A stretch of 32,000 nt of DNA, from contig NC_016012.1 in the NCBI RefSeq assembly GCF_000283555.1, forward strand, positions 1,350,001 to 1,382,000. Direction: 5' to 3'. Made by a program: the position numbers and the translations under genes. Shown here one piece after another: positions 1 to 9,116 of this stretch. The notes beneath the pieces are model-generated. The model saw nothing but the letters and a program-made list of their open reading frames with translations. It ran no database searches and was not told the DNA's origin. The stretch's first letter is position 1. The number at the start of each line of letters is the position of its first letter. This DNA comes from Candidatus Arthromitus sp. SFB-rat-Yit (GTDB lineage Bacteria > Bacillota > Clostridia > Clostridiales > Clostridiaceae).

Positions 1-3000
1 ATTAAATCGATTATTAATAATTCTATCATCATTATTAACTCCATATATCATAGATGATGTCATATAATTAAATAAAGATAACTCTATTAATGTTATATTC
101 AAATTAGATATCATCGATTTTAAATTATATCCATTACTCTTTAATAATCCATTTATAATACCCATGTTCTTATATTTCTCAATAGTATTATATAACTCTT
201 CCTTACTCTCATTAATCGAATTTAAAAAATATACACTCAAATGATCATATGGCTCCAATTCTATTTTAGCTCTTAGGCTCATAATAGAATCACTACCATT
301 TGAAATATAGTTCCCATAAGATGACCCTACATTCATAGAAATGGGATATTGAATTGTTCCATTTCTACCTATAAAACTTTCTTTTCTACCTTCAAACTCT
401 ATTCTATCTAAAATATCGCCACCCGCATATATACTATGACCCATAAATAAATTGCCTTTTTCATTACCACATATACATATATTTTTATTATTAATATAAT
501 CTATACTAGAGTTTATAATATCGCTTTCAAAATAACTGGTTATTTCTATATTTTTTCTCTGAGATGTTAAATTTTTTAATATTATTTTTCTTACTTCTAT
601 ATTTTCATCCTTAGATACACTAATTTCGCTCGTAACATTTATTGATTTATTCTTACATGTGAATTTAATTTTATTAAAATCAAATTCACATATATAATCT
701 AAATTATCATTTTTACAAGGTAAATATGTATTGCTAAACAACTCATTATTATCTAAATCTTTTATATAAATACTTCCCCATGAATTCTCATTAGTAAAGT
801 CTTTACTTAACTTTGAAATATATTTATCTTTATACTTTAAATAACCTCCACCACTGCTACTCATGCATATAGAATAATCTCTATTTGAATAAATTTGCAT
901 ATCATATAAGTTATTCTTTCTATATTTAACTACTCTTGGAATAAAATCATTTTCCAATGAATCTATACTATTTATAAAATTAAATTCTTCTTTATATTTT
1001 TTAACACATATATTTAAACTACTCTCAGTTAACAATTCTTCTACACTCTTAACATCCATAATCTCTTCAAATCTATCTTGAAATACATCATTTATTAAAA
1101 TATTTGAGAGTGCCATTAAACTCATTCCTTGATGATGTGCCATATAATTTTTTACAATAGCATATCTATCACCATTTTTCATTCTCGATTTAGTGAAATC
1201 TATAGCTTCATAGAATCCATATCTACCAAGTGCTCCTAATTTACACAAATAATTTAAATTTTTACTCGATCCTATATAATCAACCATTAGACTCATTATA
1301 CTCGAATATGGGCTAACAACTAAATTATCAAAATCTTTTTTAATCGATAAATCTGGAACACCAAATGCTCTATATTGATAATTCAATTCACTATCTAATT
1401 CATAAAAACATGACTCTGATATACCAAAAGGTATTTTATTTAAATTAGCATATTTAATCTGGGATAACACACATCCTCTATATGTATCAAAAAACATTGT
1501 TCCAGGATATTGCTTCATATATAGCATTGGCATTAAATATTCAAACATAGTCCCAGTCCAAGATAATAAGGTCTTAATTCCATTTTGTTCAATTCCATTC
1601 CTACCTAATTTAAACCAATGCTCAATTGGAAGATCCCCTTTAGCAATTCCTAAAAAACTTGCAATTCTAACTTCTGATGCCAATAAATCATAACAATTTT
1701 CATCTAACTTATCATTCTCACAATCATATCCTATAGATAATAAATTCTTACCTTCCTTATATAAAAATTTAAAATCCATTAAATTAATTTTATCAGACAA
1801 TCTGTGTATCAGAGAATATACATTATCTATCAATTTCCTTATATTATATAATATACCTGAAATCTTTATATCTACTAATTCATTTCTAACAGAAGAATTA
1901 TTATAATTTGTCTTATATTCTAGAATCCTTTTTTCCAATTCATTTAAATTAACATCTATAAATAATTGACCAAATTTATTTGCCTTAAAATTATCTATTT
2001 CATTGATATTACAAGTCAGTCCAAGAATTTCATTTAAGAAACTATTTGAGGTTTCATTTATTTTTATATGCCAATATACATCTTCACCACTTTGACTCAA
2101 ATTAGTTATATTTTTATTTGATTCATTCAATATACCTTTCAAAAATTCAATATAACTAATATAATCTGTACACATAAATCCATATGATATAATCTCTTTA
2201 TATAAATGATCTTTACTTGAACTACTTGATAAATAGGCAAGTTCTTCAAAAGTTTTTATTAAATCACTATGTATAATAGGTTTATTCATCATATCCTGAA
2301 GTGATTGCCTAGCTAAATAATAACTCGCAAGCAAATTACCACTATCAACTGTTGAAATATATCTATTGCAAATTGATGTGTTATTTTCTATATCATACCA
2401 ATTATATAAATGACCTCTATGAGTTGGTAGCATATCTATCGAATCCAAAATATGTTTTAATTTTTCTACCATGTCAATGAATGTTATAAATCCAAAGTCC
2501 CTCCCTGATATAAAAGAAGTTAAACTCATACCTATATTAGTTGGAGATGTTTTTTTAGCTATACCAATAAAAGGATCTTCTTGATAATTGTCACAAACTA
2601 AATAATTTGTGCTATCATTAACAAAATCTTCAAAGTAAGCAAATATACTCCTTGATAATGATCTTAAAAATATATTTTGTTTAGAATCTACACGTGCCCT
2701 TACTACTCTATATTTTTGAGATAATCCATACGCTATAAATGGTGATAAAATAAACATAACCGATAATAAAATCATCTCATGTAATTTATAATAAATACTT
2801 AATGTCAAAAATAAACCCCCAAATATTAATCCTGGGAACATAGATATTAAATAATTTATCAATAAATTACTAGACTCTTTTTCAACTTCACTAAATGTTT
2901 TCCATTCTAATAAATTCTTCTTCGTAAACACAAGTCTTACAAAAACTCTAACTATAGCATCAAAAGTTATATATGCATGATACGGTATAAATGAAAACAT

Positions 3001-5484
3001 TACAAAACTCTGTATCAATCTATCCTTTAATTCATTAATACTAAATATCAATCTATCTTTAGATACTTTATTTAAATTAATAGATGATATATTTAAAATA
3101 AATGGAAATATAATACCCAAAGCTAACACTCCGTAATATATATCCCTATATCTGACTCCTATAAATAACAATCCAATAATAAGAATTAAATAGCTTATAG
3201 GTAGTAAACTTCTTCTTAAATTATCTAATATTTTATATTTAGAAATAAAATTAATACCGCGCCCATTTATCAAATAAGGTATTAATTGTAAATCTCCCCG
3301 ATTCCATCTATGTAATCTCATGAAATTTGATAATATATTTGATGGAAAACATTCTTGAAATTCAATGTCAGAGCTAAAAGAAACTCTTGAAAAACACCCT
3401 TCTATTAAATCATGACTTAATATTCTATCTTCTGGTATAACATCCCACATTATTTTATCAAATACATCTATATCTATAATTCCCTTACCAATAAATATAC
3501 TCTCGGAAAAAATATCATGATATATATTAGAAATTGTTAAATTATATGACGGCGTTTCTGTATTGCCACAAAATAGCTTTGAGTAAATAGTATTTAAAGA
3601 ACTTTTAAATGATATCGATACCTTAGGTTGAATTATTCCATATCCTCGTACAACTTTATTTTTATTATTTATATTTTTAACAACAGCTTTATTTAAAACA
3701 TGATCTATTGCTCCAATTAATTTAAAAGCTGAATCCCTAATAATTTTAGTATCAGAATCAATTGAAATTATGTACCTTATATTCTTTAATTCTTCATAAT
3801 CTAAAATATTAATTTTATAATTACTTTCCTTACCTTTAAGAAACTTTATAAATTCCATAATTTTGCCACGCTTACGTTCCCATCCCATATAAACCTTACT
3901 ACTTTTATTGTAAACCTTATCCCTTATAAAAACATAAAACTTTTTAGTATTAAATTTATATTTATTATTTAAATCCTCAACTAACTTATTAACATGCTCT
4001 AAAAGTATGCTATCTTCAGATTTATCATATGAAATTGTATCAGTATAATCTAATAACAATGCAAAATATAAGTTATCATTTCTGTTACATATATACGCTA
4101 ATTCTAAATTCTTTACAAGAGATTCTACCTCTTGTTGACTAATTAATAAGGATGGAATAACAATCATCGTTTTCGAACTATCAGGTATTTCTTTAGAGTA
4201 ATCCATCTTAGGTACAAATTTTCTATCTGTTTTTTCTAAAAATATATAATTTATAAAATTTATCCATATATCACTTATTATCAATAAAACAAAAAAACTA
4301 AATGTAATCAATAAATATTTATTTTCAAATACATAATTCAAGCTATACAATATAAATGCTTCACTAAATATTATTAAAGATATAATACATAAAAAATAAT
4401 TTATTTTAGTGCTTATATGTTTCCTTTTAATATTTTTAAATCTATATACCCCTTCATCAATTAAATAATATCCAATATGTCTTGAATAACCCGTATTTCC
4501 ATTTAAACTTAGCTTTACAATATTTACCGCTTCTTCATATTCATTTAATTTATTTATTTTACAAATCCTATTTAGAGTACTTCTATAATGATTTCTACTC
4601 TCGTAATCCATATTAGGATATACTCCTGATGGATCTTTCATAAATTCGTTATGTACAGAACTAACATTCTCTAAATGAAATTTCCAATTAAAATTAAACA
4701 AATTTTTCAATGATTGTATGTACATGCTTATTTTAATTCTAATTTCTTTTAAATTATCTGAATTTTTTTCCACAAATTTATCATAAGTCAATTTTTCGTT
4801 ATTCAATAAGTCACTCAAAAATTTATTTATTATATTGTTATCAATTCTATTTTCTTCAACAAGTTTTATAAAATAATCTACTGTATATAAGGAAACTTTA
4901 TTTTTCAATAAATATGATAATTTATTTGATATCAAATTATATTTTTCATTTTTTATATATTTAATTATATTGTTAAATAATTTATATCCTTTATAACAGT
5001 CCTCTTCAATCTTTCTTATCTCATCTACCAAACCATATATTCTCTCTAGAAATACATAATTTAAAAAAAATGATACGCTATTCAATTCTTCTAAATCTAA
5101 TCTACATTTACTCTCATACAAATTTAATTCTGAAAAAAATTTATCTTCTTCTATAATATTTTTTAAATTATTACAAAAATTATCACAAAATAAATATATC
5201 CTAGGAACATATGAATTATTTGATTTAATGCAATTAAATTTAATTTTTTTGAAGTACCCACTCTCTAATAAGTTAATACTCCAATTATTTATATATAAAA
5301 AATTATCCGTTAACCACATAGAAGCTTCACTTATATTACATCCTAAAGATTTTACAAAATCAATATATTTTACATTATTTAAAAATATCTTATTTTTCGT
5401 CTTGAACTCACTTAGTAAATTAACTTTTTTCTTATAAATACTCTCATATAAAATGTCTTTATTCGATAACAAATCATTTACCAT
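1..5484 (-). CDS. Cyclic beta-1,2-glucan synthase-like giant glycosyltransferase (GT84 domain, cyclization domain, start of GH94-like module). The window holds the N-terminal 1828 codons; the 3' end lies beyond the left edge.
   Basis: I translated the minus strand by hand from the ATG at 5484 (MVNDLLSNKDILYES...). The frame stays open to base 1. It is absent from the ORF track because it has no in-window stop. Cgs/ChvB/NdvB-type motifs occur in the expected order: YPNMDYESRNHYR, HIGYYLIDEG, KTMIVIPSLL, FALLLDYTD, GWERKRGK, IISIDSDT, GYGIIQPK, GKGIIDIDVF, LSHDLIEG, SDIEFQECFPS, HRWNRGDLQL, TSPTNIG, RGHLYNWYD, STVDSGNL, YDLLASEVRIASF, HWFKLGR, LLSWTGTMFEYLMP, FGISESCF, YQYRAFGVP, GRYGFYEAID, AHHQGMSL, SSSGGGY, DRIEFEGRKESFIGRNG. 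Confidence 0.88.
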   Translation of the reverse strand, partial: MVNDLLSNKDILYESIYKKKVNLLSEFKTKNKIFLNNVKYIDFVKSLGCNISEASMWLTDNFLYINNWSINLLESGYFKKIKFNCIKSNNSYVPRIYLFCDNFCNNLKNIIEEDKFFSELNLYESKCRLDLEELNSVSFFLNYVFLERIYGLVDEIRKIEEDCYKGYKLFNNIIKYIKNEKYNLISNKLSYLLKNKVSLYTVDYFIKLVEENRIDNNIINKFLSDLLNNEKLTYDKFVEKNSDNLKEIRIKISMYIQSLKNLFNFNWKFHLENVSSVHNEFMKDPSGVYPNMDYESRNHYRSTLNRICKINKLNEYEEAVNIVKLSLNGNTGYSRHIGYYLIDEGVYRFKNIKRKHISTKINYFLCIISLIIFSEAFILYSLNYVFENKYLLITFSFFVLLIISDIWINFINYIFLEKTDRKFVPKMDYSKEIPDSSKTMIVIPSLLISQQEVESLVKNLELAYICNRNDNLYFALLLDYTDTISYDKSEDSILLEHVNKLVEDLNNKYKFNTKKFYVFIRDKVYNKSSKVYMGWERKRGKIMEFIKFLKGKESNYKINILDYEELKNIRYIISIDSDTKIIRDSAFKLIGAIDHVLNKAVVKNINNKNKVVRGYGIIQPKVSISFKSSLNTIYSKLFCGNTETPSYNLTISNIYHDIFSESIFIGKGIIDIDVFDKIMWDVIPEDRILSHDLIEGCFSRVSFSSDIEFQECFPSNILSNFMRLHRWNRGDLQLIPYLINGRGINFISKYKILDNLRRSLLPISYLILIIGLLFIGVRYRDIYYGVLALGIIFPFILNISSINLNKVSKDRLIFSINELKDRLIQSFVMFSFIPYHAYITFDAIVRVFVRLVFTKKNLLEWKTFSEVEKESSNLLINYLISMFPGLIFGGLFLTLSIYYKLHEMILLSVMFILSPFIAYGLSQKYRVVRARVDSKQNIFLRSLSRSIFAYFEDFVNDSTNYLVCDNYQEDPFIGIAKKTSPTNIGMSLTSFISGRDFGFITFIDMVEKLKHILDSIDMLPTHRGHLYNWYDIENNTSICNRYISTVDSGNLLASYYLARQSLQDMMNKPIIHSDLIKTFEELAYLSSSSSKDHLYKEIISYGFMCTDYISYIEFLKGILNESNKNITNLSQSGEDVYWHIKINETSNSFLNEILGLTCNINEIDNFKANKFGQLFIDVNLNELEKRILEYKTNYNNSSVRNELVDIKISGILYNIRKLIDNVYSLIHRLSDKINLMDFKFLYKEGKNLLSIGYDCENDKLDENCYDLLASEVRIASFLGIAKGDLPIEHWFKLGRNGIEQNGIKTLLSWTGTMFEYLMPMLYMKQYPGTMFFDTYRGCVLSQIKYANLNKIPFGISESCFYELDSELNYQYRAFGVPDLSIKKDFDNLVVSPYSSIMSLMVDYIGSSKNLNYLCKLGALGRYGFYEAIDFTKSRMKNGDRYAIVKNYMAHHQGMSLMALSNILINDVFQDRFEEIMDVKSVEELLTESSLNICVKKYKEEFNFINSIDSLENDFIPRVVKYRKNNLYDMQIYSNRDYSICMSSSGGGYLKYKDKYISKLSKDFTNENSWGSIYIKDLDNNELFSNTYLPCKNDNLDYICEFDFNKIKFTCKNKSINVTSEISVSKDENIEVRKIILKNLTSQRKNIEITSYFESDIINSSIDYINNKNICICGNEKGNLFMGHSIYAGGDILDRIEFEGRKESFIGRNGTIQYPISMNVGSSYGNYISNGSDSIMSLRAKIELEPYDHLSVYFLNSINESKEELYNTIEKYKNMGIINGLLKSNGYNLKSMISNLNITLIELSLFNYMTSSMIYGVNNDDRIINNRFN
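1050..2690 (-). other. Central (alpha/alpha)6-type cyclization domain of the glucan synthase. Boundaries are approximate.
   Basis: Motifs TSPTNIG, RGHLYNWYD, STVDSGNL, LLASEVRIASF, SWTGTMFEYLMP, GISES and AHHQGM are typical of the region between the GT84 and GH94 modules in Cgs proteins. Confidence 0.55.
3283..4170 (-). other. GT84-type glycosyltransferase catalytic core within the giant ORF
   Basis: It spans KTMIVIPSLL to HRWNRGDLQL. It includes a DxD-like DSD (3751-3759), GWERKRGK (3862-3885) and LSHDLIEG. Hydrophobic helix clusters flank it on both sides (approximately 4240-4404 and 2715-3215). Confidence 0.7.
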
Positions 5485-5604
5485 AGTATATCTCCTTTTC
5501 TAGTTAAAGAGTATTAATTACATTGCAATTTCTTGAAATATATTCTATTATTACCAATTTTTTATTATATATTCACTTTTTAACATTAATATATGAATTA
5601 ACTA

Positions 5605-5634
5605 TTGATGTTTTTTTGATATTAATGATATAAT
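5605..5634 (+). promoter_or_regulatory. Putative sigma-A promoter of adhE: -35 TTGATG, 18-nt spacer, extended -10 TGaTATAAT
   Basis: TTGATG lies at 5605-5610 and TGATATAAT at 5626-5634. The predicted transcription start falls inside the first Rex box. The call rests on sequence pattern only. Confidence 0.45.
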
Positions 5635-5638
5635 ATAC

Positions 5639-5656
5639 TTGTTATTTAAATAACAA
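5639..5656. promoter_or_regulatory. Rex-type operator 1: perfect 18-bp palindrome TTGTTATTTAAATAACAA
   Basis: It is a perfect inverted repeat. It matches the clostridial Rex consensus TTGTTAA-N4-TTAACAA except for one symmetric position. It overlaps the predicted adhE transcription start. adhE is a classic Rex target. Confidence 0.65.
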
Positions 5657-5659
5657 TTT

Positions 5660-5677
5660 AGGTTATTTAAATAACAA
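5660..5677. promoter_or_regulatory. Rex-type operator 2: aGGTTATTTAAATAACAA
   Basis: The 16-mer GTTATTTAAATAACAA is repeated exactly, 21 bp (two helical turns) after the copy in box 1. Only the two outermost bases of the left half-site differ. Confidence 0.55.
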
Positions 5678-5785
5678 GTATAATTTTTTTTTATTAAGAA
5701 CAGTAATATAATTAAGTAATTATCGCTATTAATTTAGTGCTACTACGTATTACTTAATTAATTAAATTGGAGGTTATTAATATAC

Positions 5786-8392
5786 ATGAAATCAAAAAAT
5801 CAAATACTAGAGAAAGAAATTTCAAATATAAATTCAGTTATTAACTCCCTACTAGATAATGCTAAAAAAGCTGAAAAGAAACTTTTAGAATTAAATCAAG
5901 AACAAATAGATAAAATTGTATCTTCTATGTGCATCGCTGGTGCAAGTAAAAATATAGAATTATCAAAATTAGCTGTTGAAGAAACTAAACGTGGAGTTTT
6001 TGAAGATAAAGTTATTAAAAACCTTTTTGCTACTGAATATATACATCATGATATTAAACATATTAAAACTGTTGGTATTATAAATGATGATCCTAACAAA
6101 GACTATTTTAATGTTGCTGAACCTGTTGGTGTTATTGCTGGAGTTACTCCTGTCACAAACCCAACATCTACTGCTATGTTTAAAGCTATAATATCAATTA
6201 AAACAAGAAATCCAATAGTGTTTGCATTCCATCCATCTGCACAAAAATGTAGCTCTGAGGCTGCCAAAATAGTTTATGATGCAGCTGTATCCGCTGGAGC
6301 TCCAGAACACTGTATTCAGTGGATAGAGGAACCATCTATTGAAGCTACTAACTTACTTATGAATCACCCTGAAATATCTCTTATTTTAGCAACGGGTGGA
6401 TCTGGAATGGTTAAATCTGCATATAGCTGTGGAAAACCCGCTTTAGGGGTTGGACCTGGAAACGTTCCTGCTTACCTTGAAAAAAGCTGTAACCTTCAAA
6501 GAGCTGTATCAGATATAATAATATCTAAAACTTTTGATAATGGTATGATTTGTGCATCTGAACAAGCTGCTATAGTAGATGAGGAAATTTCAAAAGAATT
6601 TGAAAAATTGATGAAAAATTTAAATTGCCATATATGCTCTCCAGATGAAACCAAAAAAGTTGAAAAATATGCATTTCCTGAAGAAAAGAATTCTTGTGTA
6701 TTAAATGCTGATATAGTTGGAAAGCCTGCTACCCAAATAGCTAAAGAAGCAGGGTTTGAGGTTCCTGAAAAAACAAAAATATTAATTACAAAAATAGAAT
6801 CTATAGGAGCTAATTCACCTCTATCACGTGAAAAATTAAGTCCTATACTTTCATACATTATTGTTAAAAACTCTGATGAAGGAATAGAAAAAGCTGCTCA
6901 AATGGTAGAATTTGGAGGTCTTGGACACTCTGCAGCTGTTCATTCATCAAGTGAAGATGTTATCAGAAAATTCTCAGAAAAAGTTAAAGCTGGAAGAATA
7001 GTTGTAAATGCACCATCAACTCAAGGAGCTATAGGTGATTTATATAATTCAAATAGAGCATCTTTAACACTTGGATGTGGTTCTTACGGCAAAAACTCAA
7101 TAATTTCTAACGTTACCTGTGAGAATTTAATCAATTTAAAGAGAGTCGCAAGGAGAAAAAATAATATGCAATGGTTTAAGGTACCTAAGAAAATATTCTT
7201 CGAATGGGGTTCTACTTCGTATTTAGAAAAAATGCCTGATATATCTAAAGTAATGATAATCACTGACCCTGGAATGGTTAATCTTGGATATACAAACATA
7301 GTTTTAAATCATTTGAATAACAGAATAAATAAAATAAGCGTTGAAATTTTCTCTGACGTTGAACCGGATCCATCTGTTGAAACTGTATTTAATGGTGTTA
7401 AAGCTATGAACAGATTTAAACCTGATTGTATAATTGCTTTGGGTGGAGGATCTGCAATAGATGCTGCTAAATCCATGTGGTTATTCTATGAACATCCAGA
7501 AATAGACTTCAATGATATAAAATTAAAATTTGTTGATATCAGAAAGAGAATTTACAAGTTCCCTAAACTTGGTACTAAATGTCAATTAGTAGCAATACCT
7601 ACAACATCTGGAACAGGATCAGAAGTTACATCATTCTCAGTAATTAGTGATAAAGTTAAAAATATTAAATATCCTCTAGCTGATTATGAATTAACTCCTA
7701 ATATAGCTATAATAGATCCTCAATTTGTTATGAGCTTACCAAAAGCTGTAACAGCAGATACTGGACTTGATGTTTTAACTCACGCAATTGAAGCATACGT
7801 TTCAATACTTGCATCAGATTATACAGATGCATTAGCTCTTAAATCTATACATTTAGTATTTGAATACTTACCAAGAGCATTCAAAAATGGAAATAATGAT
7901 AAAGTTGCTCGTGAAAAAATGCACAATGCATCTTCTATGGCTGGAATGGCATTTACAAATGCATTTTTAGGAATAAATCATTCACTTGCTCACAAATTAG
8001 GAGGGGAGTTCCATATACCTCATGGTCGTGCAAACGCAATACTTTTACCTTATGTAATTAAATTTAACTCTGAAACACCAACAAAACTCCCATCATTCCC
8101 TAAATATGAAAAGTTTATTGCAGATAAGAAATATGCAGAAATTGCAAGATCTTTAGGACTTAAAGCTTCTACTACAGAAGAAGGTGTTAATAGCTTAATT
8201 GAAGCTATCAAAAAATTGATGAATGAACTTGAAATGCCAACAAGAATTTCCGAATGCAATATTGATAAAGATGAATATATGAGTAAAATAGAATTACTTG
8301 CTCTTAAAGCATTTGATGATCAATGTACTGGAGCAAATCCAAGATACCCCCTTGTTGAAGAACTACACGAAATATACAAAAGCATATACTAA
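5786..8392 (+). CDS. adhE: Bifunctional acetaldehyde-CoA/alcohol dehydrogenase
   Basis: 868-aa ORF. The N-terminal half is an aldehyde dehydrogenase ([11 protein letters not shown] catalytic Cys context). The C-terminal half is an iron alcohol dehydrogenase ([33 protein letters not shown]). GGAGG lies upstream of the ATG. Confidence 0.96.
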   Translation: MKSKNQILEKEISNINSVINSLLDNAKKAEKKLLELNQEQIDKIVSSMCIAGASKNIELSKLAVEETKRGVFEDKVIKNLFATEYIHHDIKHIKTVGIINDDPNKDYFNVAEPVGVIAGVTPVTNPTSTAMFKAIISIKTRNPIVFAFHPSAQKCSSEAAKIVYDAAVSAGAPEHCIQWIEEPSIEATNLLMNHPEISLILATGGSGMVKSAYSCGKPALGVGPGNVPAYLEKSCNLQRAVSDIIISKTFDNGMICASEQAAIVDEEISKEFEKLMKNLNCHICSPDETKKVEKYAFPEEKNSCVLNADIVGKPATQIAKEAGFEVPEKTKILITKIESIGANSPLSREKLSPILSYIIVKNSDEGIEKAAQMVEFGGLGHSAAVHSSSEDVIRKFSEKVKAGRIVVNAPSTQGAIGDLYNSNRASLTLGCGSYGKNSIISNVTCENLINLKRVARRKNNMQWFKVPKKIFFEWGSTSYLEKMPDISKVMIITDPGMVNLGYTNIVLNHLNNRINKISVEIFSDVEPDPSVETVFNGVKAMNRFKPDCIIALGGGSAIDAAKSMWLFYEHPEIDFNDIKLKFVDIRKRIYKFPKLGTKCQLVAIPTTSGTGSEVTSFSVISDKVKNIKYPLADYELTPNIAIIDPQFVMSLPKAVTADTGLDVLTHAIEAYVSILASDYTDALALKSIHLVFEYLPRAFKNGNNDKVAREKMHNASSMAGMAFTNAFLGINHSLAHKLGGEFHIPHGRANAILLPYVIKFNSETPTKLPSFPKYEKFIADKKYAEIARSLGLKASTTEEGVNSLIEAIKKLMNELEMPTRISECNIDKDEYMSKIELLALKAFDDQCTGANPRYPLVEELHEIYKSIY

Positions 8393-8402
8393 AAATAAGA
8401 AA

Positions 8403-8430
8403 AGAGTACAGACTACTGCACTCTTTTTTT
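8403..8430. terminator. Hairpin plus T-run terminator after adhE, overlapping the 3' end of the convergent methyltransferase gene
   Basis: AGAGTACAG (8403-8411) pairs with CTGCACTCT (8416-8424) with one mismatch and a 4-nt loop. A run of T follows to 8430. The opposite strand also has a T-rich tail. Confidence 0.6.
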
Positions 8431-9054
8431 ATATCCATTTATAATATAAAACTCCCTCCTATTACTCTCTCCTAAAACCTTAACCCATTTACTTTCAAAA
8501 GGAATTTCATCTTTTAACACCAAATTAATATCATGTATTTCTATATTATATTTAGAATATAGCATTTTAAAATCATCAAAATAACTCTCATTTAAATCTG
8601 GCAAATTTCTCTTCTCTATCTCCATTTTCTCAAATTTATCATTATATGAAAAACATATTTTCATTTTTCCACTATCTACAAGCAACTTAGATATGTTGTA
8701 TATAATACCTAGCTCTTCTTTAAATATACCTTCAAGCAAACTACCCCACGGTAAATTTATGTAAACTTCTGAAAACATATTATATAATAAATTATCTATA
8801 TTTTGAGCATTCATAATTATATAAACCAAATTCTCTAACTTATTTTTATATTGTTTAATCGCATACTTCTTCATAGAATCTCCACAAGAATCTAATCCTA
8901 CATAAAATTTATTTTTATTCTCTAAAGCACTGAAATATACAAATGCTCCTTGTCCTGTTCCCAAATCAATTACCAAATCATCATATGATTTTATTTTATT
9001 TAAAAATTCCTCTCTACTTAACTCAATTTCCTTGCTACTCCTAAGTATCTTCAT
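8413..9054 (-). CDS. NpmA/KamB-family 16S rRNA (adenine1408-N1) methyltransferase homologue, class I SAM-dependent
   Basis: The track ORF starts at TTG 9066, but GAGGTG sits 7 nt before the ATG at 9054. I therefore take the product to be MKILRSSKEIELSREEF... (213 aa). From memory it is collinear with NpmA along its whole length: M.IL...K...LS..E, IDLGTGQG (SAM loop; NpmA has IDLGTGDG), FYVGLD, LPWGSLLE (NpmA FPWGTLLE), EIEKRNLP (NpmA EIKKRGLP), SKWVKVL (NpmA SLWAKRL), and a basic C-terminal RREFYIINGY. No search was run. Confidence 0.72.
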   Translation of the reverse strand: MKILRSSKEIELSREEFLNKIKSYDDLVIDLGTGQGAFVYFSALENKNKFYVGLDSCGDSMKKYAIKQYKNKLENLVYIIMNAQNIDNLLYNMFSEVYINLPWGSLLEGIFKEELGIIYNISKLLVDSGKMKICFSYNDKFEKMEIEKRNLPDLNESYFDDFKMLYSKYNIEIHDINLVLKDEIPFESKWVKVLGESNRREFYIINGYKKRVQ

Positions 9055-9074
9055 ACCCCACCTCAATAAATAAT

Positions 9075-9106
9075 AAGGATAATTTAATTCATATTAAATT
9101 ATCCTT
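9075..9106 (-). terminator. Perfect 14-bp hairpin between the AbgT-family gene and the methyltransferase gene
   Basis: AAGGATAATTTAAT (9075-9088) pairs perfectly with ATTAAATTATCCTT (9093-9106) around a 4-nt loop. It starts 10 nt after the AbgT stop codon. On the minus strand it is followed by the T-rich ATTATTTATT. Confidence 0.55.
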
Positions 9107-9116
9107 ACATTAAAAA

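Noticed and set aside
3361-3420. An apparent loss of reading frame in the GT84 catalytic core on my first pass through the minus strand.
   Set aside because: I had slipped one base in register. Re-reading gives a continuous frame encoding ...EDRILSHDLIEGCFSRVSFSSDIEFQECFPS..., which matches the conserved family motifs. There is no frameshift.
1-5227. The ORF track has no entry at all for the first 5.2 kb, which could suggest non-coding or unusual DNA.
   Set aside because: Hand translation shows one uninterrupted minus-strand reading frame from the ATG at 5484 to base 1. With no in-window stop, an ORF finder that requires a stop would not report it.
5228-5437. A 69-aa plus-strand ORF in the track.
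   Set aside because: It lies wholly antisense to the 5' part of the glucan-synthase gene. It has a low-complexity F/L/I/K composition typical of shadow ORFs in AT-rich DNA and no SD.
5639-5677. A direct repeat of a 16-mer with 21-bp periodicity, considered as a possible mini CRISPR or other repeat array.
   Set aside because: There are only two copies. Each is itself palindromic, and they sit on a promoter. Operator sites are the simpler explanation.
6496-8259. Three minus-strand ORFs inside adhE (6496-6858, 7084-7299, 8050-8259).
   Set aside because: They are antisense shadow ORFs within a well-supported gene. None has an RBS or a recognisable motif.
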